NCBI GenBank assembly: GCA_003990765.1
Contig: RBNJ01000002.1
Location: 1-64,000, forward strand
Reading direction: 5' to 3'
From: Jimgerdemannia flammicorona
Lineage: Eukaryota
Length of the DNA: 64,000 nucleotides
Shown: positions 40,473 through 51,430 of the stretch, in pieces
Position numbering within the stretch: position 1 is the first letter of the stretch
Layout: each line of letters starts with the position of its first letter
Position numbers and translations under genes: made by a program
The notes under the pieces: model-generated
The model's database searches: none
Seen by the model: only the letters and a program-made list of their open reading frames with translations
Told to the model about the DNA's origin: nothing

Positions 40473-41975
40473 TATAATAGATTGCTTATTAAGGTAATAA
40501 TTATATAGTTCTGGAAGGATTTTCTGGAAGTTCTGGATATTCTGGAAGACTGTTTTCTTTAGGTTAAGATCAATTTCATATAGAGTATATTCTCTATGCT
40601 TATAGATTTCTAGATTAGATTGATATCTCAACCAAAGTTCTTTTTCAGACTAGTTCTGGATATTCAGGATTTTCTATATTGTAAAAATTTTAAGAAACTA
40701 AGACCAGCTTAGTTGAATTGACATATCACTGTAGATAATACCCAATTAGGAAATTTCATAATATGGTTAGGAGTGAGATCTAACAGAGAGTAGATTTACT
40801 TAAAAGTAGTTTATGAGTTATTAAATAGATTTATTCACTATTAATAATATTGCTATATTAGGAGTAGTTGTGTGAAGGGATATTGTGGAGAAGTATTCAA
40901 GAGTTGTTCTTATCTACTCAAGTCTGAGATTCTGAGATCTTGAGGAGGGGATATTTATACTAATAGGAGGCTATCTGAACTATGCTAAATATGGATGTAG
41001 TACTTAGTACCTTGCTAAGTCAGAATGCAGTAATATAGTATAAGTGTGAACTAATATTTAAGTGATCATCTAACAGCTGAGTCAGTTCACAGTTATATCA
41101 TATAAGGCTAATCTAATTATACTAATAACTGCTAGACTATCTATAGATTTAGATGCTGTTTGGGTAGTCTTTGATAACATCACCTTTGATGATATTATCT
41201 CTGATAATGTCTGAGTAGTTTTCTGACTTCTGATATCATCAGTTTCAAAGATATCATCATATCTACCTTTTGCAAATTTATAGCTATTCTTGGTAGTAGT
41301 AGTTATATAAAAATAATAAGTCTTAGTTCTTTTTTTTTTTTAAACTGCTGGTACATTTGTGAGGACTGGCCATCCTTGTCTAGAGCAAGGGCTCTCATTG
41401 TTATAGCTGGGGGTTTGAACCTCTTAGAAATGATATTTTCTATAATCTGAGATAATTTCTAGTAGTAATATCTGTTATATAGATAGACTTGAGATTGGTT
41501 TCAACAATATTGGCTTTTTTGAGTTCAGATGAAGCATCTGTTATTCTCTAATAGAGGTAACACAGATAGAGTGAATAGAGTTGTTTAAATGTATTTTGCT
41601 TCTACTAAGTAATAAGGTCCTATATAGTTGTGTTGTATCTAGGTCTTGAGTTAATAAGTGTAGTTTGTGAATCTTTGATAGATAAGATAAGGTTCTTTTC
41701 ATTTCAGTTTGAGTTTAGTACTTCAGTTTCCTTTTATGATAGTACAGTATACCAAGACTGATTATCTTAATAAGTAGAGATTCAGAGTCAGTCTTATGGT
41801 TATAGTACTTCTTCTGATATTCTTATATCTTGGTAGTAAGTCCTCATACTTGCTGATATATTTTGTATAACCAGATGATCTCTTTAGTAACTTGTTTTGT
41901 GATCTTGTATGTGGTTTCTGAATTGGTTCTAAGGGTAACATGCAATTTTGATGGCTTGGATATTGTGTGCTTACA
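40473..41975 (-). repeat. family 1 short-type LTR (1503 bp) with alternative U3 ORF
   Basis: Shares the U3 tip and the ~750-bp TATA/R/U5 part with the 2-kb LTR; the middle is a different sequence. Confidence 0.88.
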
Positions 41976-44315
41976 AGAAGTCTACTGGGTGAGGATGAAA
42001 GAAGCTATTAGGATATATTAGAGAAAGATTAGTTGATTTGCTGGAAAGGAGTAGTGAAGGAGAGTGAGGTAGACTTTTGACTGGTTGATCCAGTTATAGA
42101 TAGAATGGGCTGATTTATTAGGCCAGAAGATAGTGGATGATTAGAGGTTAGTATGAGTTAAGTTGGAGATAGTAGAGTTGTAGAAAGTATTGAAGATTCA
42201 TAAGAGAGATAGTAGTCTGGTTGAGATAGTAGAGACTTAAGAAAGGCAAACAACCTTCTAAGTATCTGTTATGATTGCTTTGGACAAGAAGGGTGAGATA
42301 GTGGTAGGATAGAGTATTAAATATAGAGAGTATATATACTAGTATATGGTACTCAGTAGATCTTGAGCTCTCTGAAGAGAAGGTGGGAAGATCTGTAGAG
42401 TGAGGAGGAAGAGAGTACTGATACTATAGCTATAGAGTACTCTCTGGAAGATTGGTAACCTCCACAGGTAGATGGTCTTGGTGATTTAGTTCTACTGGTC
42501 AAAGAGAAGGAGATTCTGTAGGTTCTGGCTATCACAAAATTGAACATAGTATCAGATAAGGATGGTCTGCCCTGGGACTTCTGGAAGAAAATAGTGGGGA
42601 TCTCAGGGGTATTAGAGGAGATAGCAGTGCTTATGATTATGTTCTCACATCTAGAGAGTAGGTTGGAGAGCAGGATCTTAGTCTGGTAGTACTACTGTAT
42701 AAGGAGAAAGATAGACAAAAAAAATTGAAAAAATTGATAGCTGATTATACTTCTGGATATAGATAGGAAGCTGGTCACAAAAGTGATTATTGTATAGCTA
42801 TAGAGGGTGACCCAACAGATATTAGATGAGAAGTAACAGAACTTTGTTGAGGGCTGACTTATTTAAGATAGGATAGCTTGGATACATAATATAATTGAGA
42901 GGATAAGAACTAGTGAGCTGGATGAGATATTGGTCTTCCTAGATCAGAAGAAGGTCTATAATTATATCTAGCAGATGTGGTTAGGGAAGATACTGGACAG
43001 AATTGGTATTTTTTAGCAATTTTGAGTTTTGATAATTAGTCTGCTAGAGGGTAGCTAGATAGTACTTTTGTATAATAGTTATTATAGTATTATATTTCTA
43101 TTAAAGAGAGGGGTTCCTCAGAGGGACCCATTGTCTTCTATTCTGTATACTCTATTGTTAGAGTCATTGATGGACAGAATTCATTATAAGATAGCTAGGC
43201 TCTTAGTTTTTGGAATAGTATGGAAGGTTTGGGCCTTTGCTGATAATATAGTAGTTAGTCTTAGCTCAGTTACTGATATTTAAGTACTAAGAGAGATAGT
43301 GAAATAGTATGAGAAGTATTCTGGAGCAAAGCTTAACTAGCATAAATACAAGACAATAGTATTGAGAAATAGGCTAGTGAGTGGGGACATTATTGAAACA
43401 ATTGTCCCTATGGGAAGCTATGTGGTATCTGGATATTTTTTTATTGATATATAGATCTCTCTTACTCAGAGTATAGTAAGAGAGAAAGGTAGTTGATTGG
43501 GGAATAGTTCTTCAGAGCTGGGGAGGGCATTATATCTCTCTAGTAGAGTAGATATTGATATTGAATATTTACTGATTGCTAAGATTGTAGTATCTAGCTT
43601 ATTACTTAGACTTTTTAGTATAGGTAGTGAAGAGATTATTGAAGTTGGCTAAGAAATGGATCTGGATAGGAAGATGGTATCAGATTAGTTGAAAGATTTT
43701 AGCAATACTGATAAACTAAGGAGATCTTAATCTGATGGACTTCTCTAAGAAGTTATATTATCTGAGAGCTTGGTGATTGAAGAGAGCTATTGAACTATAA
43801 GATAGTAGATGGATGTCACTGATGCAATTGGTCTGAGAGATGAGGTTTTCTCCTAGAGACTCAGGTAATCTACTATTATTAATAAGACTAGATGACAGTA
43901 GGCATTTACAATATAGGGACTTCTGGTAGAGAGTAATAGATAGTATATACTATATTAGGCTATACTGATATAGTACTAATAGAGAGATATATTAAGATCT
44001 AGTGATGTAGTAATAGGATAGATTACTATCAGATAGTTTATCACTAGTAGACTTTGATATTAGTATTAGAGTAAAGTACTAAAGAGAGATAGGACAGAAT
44101 TTATAATCTATGGGTTGATAGATAGCTGAGATTAGTGAGAAGTAGGACTGAGTAACTGTCTAGTTCTGGAGTACTGAGGTGTAGTAGTGACTTTCTCTGA
44201 AGTTCTGGATAGTGTAGTGGTATTTATTGTAGAGGAATATTATATTAAACTTTTGATCAGATTACTTGGTAAATAGCAGGTACTTTGATTATAAGGAGTA
44301 TTATAGTATTAGATA
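41976..44315 (+). mobile_element. LINE-B ORF2 segment (RT and downstream)
   Basis: GVPQRDPLSSILYTLLLESL; WKVWAFADNIVV; FLDQKKVY. Confidence 0.88.
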
Positions 44316-44319
44316 GAAG

Positions 44320-46385
44320 AAGTCCTTTTCAGTCTTTTTAGTAGTTCCTTCAATAATCAGAAAATATGCAATTACTAGGAATGTATTTTGTTAATATATT
44401 TGCCAAATATATTTAAAGAGATTGTTAATAGAAATATATAGTAGATATATTTTGATACATTCAAGTAAATTATAATATATTTAGTCAATCTTAAGTAATA
44501 TCAGAATTACTATTATACTAAGTAAGAGTTTCTTCTATAGTTTGAAAAAAGAATTATAGTTTATGAACAGTGAGTATACTGATTGATCACCTGTAAACTT
44601 AAAATTAATTATTATTTTACCTATATTTGCTACTAAAAATCACTTTAATATATCTTAGAATACTTTCATATATCATCTGTAGTATAGTATTTCTCTGCTT
44701 CAAATTTCATATTATTTTTAAACAAAGTATTTAATATTAGCTTATATAGAATAGTAAGTAGATCTTGATAGAACAGTATATATTTACTAGTCTAAGTTTT
44801 AGACATATGAGTGATGTTAAAAACTTTGCAATTAAAGGACTAATTTGAAAAAGAGAATTACTAAATATTCATTAATTTAACAGAAATATTAACTATTTAA
44901 TTATATACCACTCTGTTTTCAGCTACTATATCTAAAAGTTTTATCATCTCTTTTGAGTTTATAAACTAGAGGGACCTATTCACTTGAAATTCTTCTATTT
45001 ACAAATAAAATAAGAAGTTTATCTATATATATTTCTACTTCAAAACAATAGATTCATGAGTCAAATTTCTTTATCATTCTTCTAAAGACATAAAGATTAT
45101 TTATATCAGTTATAGGTATCTATCTGAGTTTAGAAATAAATTCATTATTATATAAGTGTTTTCTTGCTATTGATAATCTGATTACTAGTTAGTTTGTAGA
45201 TAATATGATTTTTTTGCTCCTTTCTCCACTACCTTACTGGTTACAAGGTTTGGTAGGCAACCTTCTAAGTCTCCTTTTCCCTAATATTCCTCTCTCTACC
45301 TTGGGTTGGTTTGCTGTGCCTGCAGAGATATAGTGAGAGGAGAGCAATGGTGATGAGTTGCCCCTTTATTGATGTCAGATCAGTACTTCCTCCACTTTTT
45401 CAGGGGTTCTGGTGCCTTCAGCTGTATCTGGAGTGTACTCATTTTGATGCGGCACCTTCTTCCTTTTGCCATCGCCAATAAGGAGATGTCTTGATATATC
45501 TCGGACTATGTAGGGAGTTGGCCAACCTTGGGCATCAAGTGCTCAGTGTAGATTACCTGCTGGTCCTCGGTACCTGTGGTGGGGCCCTCTGGCTTTGGCG
45601 AGCTTTCTGGTGAGCATAGTTCTGGCATAGGTGACTGCTTTTTGGGTGTTGTCGGGATGGGAGGGGAGATGGCCATCACAGATAGGAGAAAGGGTGATAA
45701 CAGTGGACCAGTAGGGTGCCAGGCTGGGGGTGGTCATTGGGGCTGGGGTGGATGCTGCATTGGTGGGGCCTTTTGATTGGTGTGGTGTAGTTAGATGGTA
45801 GGTGTTACTCTCAGCTTCTTTGGGCAATTCATGGGGTTGGGCCCCAGTCATTTGGGGGGGTTGGGGGGCCCGAGGCTACCTATTTCAGGCATCTTGGCTG
45901 CACTCAACTGGAACTAGGAGCTGACACAGTAATGTGATTGAGATCTATAGGCTTGAGTAGTGGGGTATTGGGGGTCTCCTCCCACCTCACATATAAGTCC
46001 TCTACTTACCTTGACTGGGAGAACCAGGCCCTACCCACCATATTGTGCTTTGATGAGGGTTTTTTCTTTGTCTGTTATTCTCTTTGGGGTGGTAGAGACT
46101 ATTCTATTCAGCTCGGACATGGCCTTGTATATATGTTGGGTTCTCAGGTATGCACTTTTGGTCATTGGTATATGGCTGGGTTTCCCCTGGTGGTAGAGAG
46201 AGCATGGTGTACAGAATGAGGTGTGGGCTACTTTGCCCTGTTGTGCCTAGTATGGTCGAGCTGCTGGACAATAGCTAGCCTAGGTTAATGAGGGGCAGTG
46301 CTTGATGGATGGTGGGGGAGGGTTTTGGCCTATATAGTCTAGGTTCCCTTCCAATAAAAATCTGCAGGACATAGAGTCTGTTAAA

Positions 46386-46445
<60 letters not shown>

Positions 46446-46930
46446 TAATATGATTTTTACTGAACTCCAATATAGTATAAACTTCTTTAATCTTAAATTA
46501 AATTTTCATTCTCCTTGAATGATTGTCTTTTCTCTTAAATTGAATTATTATTTTTACTAAATAATGTGTTTTTCTATTCTTAAATTGAAGATAGACCATT
46601 ACTACTGATATTATCTTAAATTAAATATATATATTTAGTATAATTACCTGAAATCTTCCAAGTTCATTTATGTGAGTTACTCAAACCTAAAATATATATA
46701 GAATTCAATATTAACTTATAAATTATAGATGGATTTATAGACAATAGTAGTGTAATTTTAAAGTTACTAAAATCTTGAACTATAAATTCAAGAATAGACT
46801 TATCATTCTAATATCATATAAGTATATCATATATCTTACAGATATATTGAGTCAATCTTAAGACAGATTTGTACTTTAGATTACAATATGAGCAAGAAAG
46901 CTTTATATTGATATTAGTTTGAAGTAGAGA
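44320..46930 (-). pseudogene. Plavaka-like transposase relic with N-terminal C2H2 finger, interrupted by a retroposed insert
   Basis: CSYCNLKYKSVLRLTQ (~46830-46900); FYQDLL..NTLFKNNMKFE..KYSKIY*SDF**QI*; KIYLLYISINNL..LVIAYF, matching the YRD/YSE..DWW..Q/YPLY.SIGN pattern. Confidence 0.55.
45214..46442 (+). mobile_element. retroposed poly(A)-tailed insert of unknown origin (~1.17 kb plus ~56 A)
   Basis: Perfect 16-bp TSD AGATAATATGATTTTT (45198-45213, 46443-46458); AATAAA at 46353-46358; poly(A) from 46387; GC-richer than flanks. Confidence 0.9.
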
Positions 46931-47399
46931 AGAATTTGAAGAATAATATAAATTTTAATAGTAAGTTTATAATTATGAAAAATACTAGCCTAAAACTGAA
47001 TTCTTTATCTGATTGACTTTATACTTTTGCCCTTACTTAACATGCTTGCTTGCTTATTTAGTATACTTACTTAATATATACTTATTTAATATACTATAAT
47101 GATGACCTCAGAATGATGATATCAGCATAGGAGACAGTCTTTCCTTATAAGCCACTAGATCAGAGCATAAGAAGATCATACAGCATATGAGATGAGCAAT
47201 GATGTCCAACTGTGAGTCATTGTGACCACAGTACAAGCATCCTGAAGAATATAAAAGAAGGATTAAGAAACTGCAGTAGCAGTAACCAATAAGAACCACT
47301 AATCCCAAAATAGCTCAAAGACTTACTACAAACAAAATACCTGCTGCCCACCAAACCTCAAGGTCAAGGAATCACCAAGGCATCTCAGTTGAGGAAAGG

Positions 47400-47921
47400 A
47401 TGTTCCAAGACATCAGAAGAGCCATGAGGACCTGCTCAAGAAGGACTCCTAGTATCAATCTGGGTACTGCAGATCCCTATTACTTTATTCTCTACCACTA
47501 TGAAATGGAAACAAGGATCACCATTGCTACTGAATGCCTCCAAATATGGCAGGAGTATAAAATAGAAAATCTCCTCTGCCAGGAGTTCCCACAGGCCAGC
47601 ACTCAAGAGCTACAAGATGCCACTCCCATAGATATATGCAAAACAAGGATAGCTAAGAAGATTCATCAGATCTTCAGGTATGCATCATGGTCAATCCCCA
47701 ACTTGGAATATGTTAGAGTCTCAGATTTCAGAGACCTGTCATCTCACTGTATCAATGCACTAGAAGTCAGAGTGGCTACAGAAGCCCAGTCCACTATCAC
47801 TCTCAATAGTGATAAAGTAGAAGACTTCTGGCACCTCATTCTCCAGAACAACTCAGACCAATTCCTACAAGGATTGATCTTAGTATTTCAAGGCCCAAGC
47901 ATCCAGGTTAGACCTCCCTAA
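47400..47921 (+). CDS. LTR-encoded accessory protein (173-aa open stretch; homology extends both ways), function unknown
   Basis: Long stop-free stretch inside an LTR; conserved frame in both LTRs of copy B; similar to family 1 U3 ORF and family 2 ORF3. Confidence 0.7.
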   Translation: MFQDIRRAMRTCSRRTPSINLGTADPYYFILYHYEMETRITIATECLQIWQEYKIENLLCQEFPQASTQELQDATPIDICKTRIAKKIHQIFRYASWSIPNLEYVRVSDFRDLSSHCINALEVRVATEAQSTITLNSDKVEDFWHLILQNNSDQFLQGLILVFQGPSIQVRPP

Positions 47922-48102
47922 GACCCCACATTTGTTTCTTACTTTGTGGAAGAGAACCTTATAGATTGGAGAGCCCCTGATTTCCCTGTGTGACATCAAA
48001 GTATGCAAAAATGATGAATTCATAGATCTCATCTTCTTCAGTGATGATAATGATGATGATGAAGCCCCCATGATCCTGAACTTTCTACTCTAAGTTCTTT
48101 GT

Positions 48103-48240
48103 TACACTGAATAATGCCAGTACTAGTATTTTGATGTAACACTGAATAATACCAGCACCAATATTCTGAGGTGATATGAAATTGTTCTAGTACCGGTATT
48201 CTGATGTGATACTGAATTATACCAGTATCCTGAACCTGTA
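48103..48240 (+). repeat. ~35-bp imperfect tandem repeat (about 4 units) inside family 3 LTR
   Basis: ACACTGAATAATRCCAGYACYRRTATTYTGA units; also ~60970-61095 and fewer units in copy B LTRs. Confidence 0.7.
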
Positions 48241-48896
48241 CAATCATCAGTGTCAACCCTAGAACTTAGTAGTTTTAGTTATTGGAATTTATATTTAGCT
48301 TTATATCTTAGCAACCATTGAATTATATTTTGTATAAATACTCCTCTTATTTCCTCTGAAATAAAGTCAGTTCTATCTAGTTTACTTACATACTTCCTTG
48401 CAAGCAATCTAAGAGATAATAAGATAGTTTAAAGATAAGAAGTTTGAGAACTATAAGACCTTGGGAAGACACTCCAATAAGAACTTACTTATAACAAATT
48501 TAAGTTAGTCTAAGAGATATACCTTGAAGAGAATCTGGTATATTTGAAGGACTCAGTGACCACTATGTGACAATACTTATATTTTATCATATTAACTAAA
48601 CTCATTATATTATTATATTAACCAAACATAAGTAAGCAAGCTCTACATCCACTTATTAGACTTTTTGATAACATATATATATATATAACCATTATGAATA
48701 TTATAGATATACATAAAAAGAGATCTTTATCTTAAAGAATTATATATTTTCTTATTTCTCTTACCATAATCTTTTCATACCTAAAAAGAACAGATTATAT
48801 TCTAAGACAAACAAAATATACTCCAATATAAATAATAAGTATCAAGTTATGAATAATGTATACTAAGCCATGAACAAATGATATCAGTTCTGTAAA

Positions 48897-49017
48897 AACC
48901 AAAGAGCAGTAGATTATAGATAGACTATAGACTGTAAAGGTATACAAAATCAAGGAGCAGACTATAGATAGACTACACTAGATTATAAAGATATATGAAA
49001 CCAAGAAGCAGACTATA
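48897..49017. repeat. ~50-bp imperfect tandem repeat (2-3 units)
   Basis: AACCAARGAGCAGACTATAGATAGACTA..AGAYTRTAAAG recurs. Confidence 0.55.
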
Positions 49018-50399
49018 TCATGCCTAGATAAGGTCAATATCAGTAAGTTATAGCTTCTAACTTCAATAAGAGAGTAGCCAAATAGCAAAAGATTGTATAA
49101 GATCAAGATGAAGGCAGAGTTGGTAAATAAGATAGGAGTAGTAAATAAAGTAGAGATAATGAATGATCCAAGTTTATAATTCAGAATAATAAGATGTTTC
49201 TATATAGTAAGGTGCTTTCAGATAATAAGAACTTCTAGATGATAAAGTACTTTTAAATAATAAGATACATACTTCTAAATAATGAGATACTTTAGAATCA
49301 TGATATAGAGACTTGTTTGGTCAGATATATAGGATAAATAGTTAAGTAAGATAGAAAAAGAAATGGGTAAATTGTTTTTAGAAATAAGTTTATAAATTAT
49401 AGTTTGTATATTATAACTTATTTGTAAATGTGAATTGAATTTTCATATTATAATTTAGTAGATCCATAGATAGCAGAGACTTCTATTAGAAATATAAGAT
49501 TAATGAAGTAATCTGGAAACTTGTAGTAAAAATCTTATTCTTGAAGATCTTTTTTCAAAGTATAATAGTAATCTAAAAATAGACATTATTGTTAAAATTT
49601 TAAAGAATATGGGCTTAAAGACCAAAAACAGTGATGGTTTAATTTATATTATAGTGAGTATTTCATTTATATTCTATTCATATATTTATTTAGTAGTTCA
49701 TAAACTCAACTATTTTCATTTTTATTAAAAAAAATAGCTATACTATCAAATTATAATCTGCTATTCCCACATTCATAAAGTTTTTGACAAAAAGTTTGAT
49801 TAAATCTTCTCTAATATAAACTAGCTAAGATTTATAGCTTTTGTAATAATTGTACTTTTTTGTATCTTTTTTCTAGTCTTTTCTTATTCTTTTTTAAATA
49901 TTCTTCTATATTTCAGTATATATCTTTTAAATACTTAGAAATCTTCTCTTGATACTAAGACATTACTAGAACATTCTTGTTTTTTCTCAATACTAAGTAT
50001 CTTGTCTTAACTAGTCATAAAACCTTTTGAAATATTGTAAAATTCTATTAGTCATCTTTATCAAGAATCTTTTTCTTAGCTTTTCTCTTCTTTTCTAAGA
50101 TTCTTCCAAATCTTTCTTTTAGATCTTATATAAATATCCTTATTCTCTACTTAAATAAAGCTCAGAATATTTTCTCTCAGAATTCCTTTAAGAATACTTA
50201 AATCTATAAGTATCTCTTTAAGCTATTTTAGGTCTATTATAACTACCAGATTTGGCAACTTTCTCTTAAAGAAACTAGAACTATTATTTTTGATAGCAGT
50301 AGTATTATTGTATTTTACTTTATTAAAAAATATTACAAAATTTGAAAACTAGTCACAACTAGTCATATAAGCTCAAAATGAATTATAGAGAATTAGCTT

Positions 50400-51430
50400 A
50401 TCATTCAGACTCCTCTGCTACAGAAGAAGCAGAAAATACAGAACTATAAGTCAATCTAGAGGAAATGATTACTACTATAGTCTATTAGATTTAACTACTT
50501 CAAGTACAAGTAGAATATCAGAAAACAAAAACTATAGTCACATTATACTCTACTACTATACTAGTTAGCTTTAAGCCACTTAAGCCAGATATCTTGAGGA
50601 CGACTGACTACAGATGTATGGGTCTTTTAGTTGGACCAATACTTTGAACTCATAAGAATAGAAGAAGATATATAAGTCCAATTTGCCACTATACTTCTCT
50701 GAGAAAATACAGCTATTTGATAGTATAATAATATTATGACCACTATTACCTATTTGAACATAAGAATCCAAGATTGAAAATCCTTCAAAGAGACCCTTCA
50801 CTAGTAGTTCAAGCCTATTAATACTACTAAGCTAGCTAGAGATAAGCTAGTAAACATCAAGCAACTCAAGTTTATATAAAGTTATAATATATAATTTCTG
50901 TCAATTCTACTTAAACTACTAGTAATATCTGAAGATAAAAAGATAGATCACTATATCTGAAGTCTGAAAAGAAATATATAAGTTAAGGTTGAGCTAAAAG
51001 AGCTACAGACTCTCAATAAAGCCATGAAAATTACCAATAAATTTGATGTTATTACCTTTGGTAACTACTTTAAACCAGAATACTGTAAGAAGAACTATTT
51101 TAAAAACTGTTATAAGAACTAATCCAAAGTAGTTGACTCAGTATATAATAGATCTAAATACTATGAATAAAAAGAATACTAAGCTTATTCTAAAAGAAAA
51201 AGATTGCTTAAAGAATTCTAGAGCTTATTTCTTCTATCACTAAACAGAATATATTGTAATCAAATATATATTCTAAGAAGACCAGTAAACCCTCAAGACC
51301 AGTCACTGTATTGTCCAAAGATATATCTGTCAATCTCACTACTAGTTAATCTGAACTTAAGATCAAGAAGCTTCATCTAAAGGCCCAGATTCCTTAATAT
51401 CAATCAGAAGAAGTTATTGATCTTAACTTA
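50400..51430 (+). pseudogene. Gypsy-type gag relic of another family
   Basis: KVELKELQTLNKAMKI; DLNTM..KLILKEKDCLKNSRAYFFYH*TEY, a degenerate PMDL..KL..E...L...GACF.C..GH pattern. Confidence 0.5.

Larger units (their letters stand above)
36984..41975 (-). mobile_element. family 1 Gypsy copy E, internally deleted (gag-dUTPase-PR kept; RT/RH/IN lost), short-type LTRs
   Basis: 5' LTR 40473-41975; PBS ~40458-40469; junction at ~37260 from pre-RT linker to chromodomain start; second deletion ~37162; PPT; 3' LTR stub 36984-37089. Confidence 0.9.
47095..48572 (+). mobile_element. solo LTR of family 3 (1478 bp)
   Basis: Reverse-complement homolog of 12359-13930; ends TGACA; 4-bp TSD ATAC (47091-47094, 48573-48576). 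Confidence 0.92.

Noticed and set aside
45543-46219. Short ORFs in the poly(A) insert as a retrogene
   Set aside because: Overlapping 66-102 aa frames on both strands, expected at this GC content; none recognisable
48103-48240. CRISPR-like array
   Set aside because: Contiguous imperfect tandem units without unique spacers, inside a eukaryotic LTR; no cas genes
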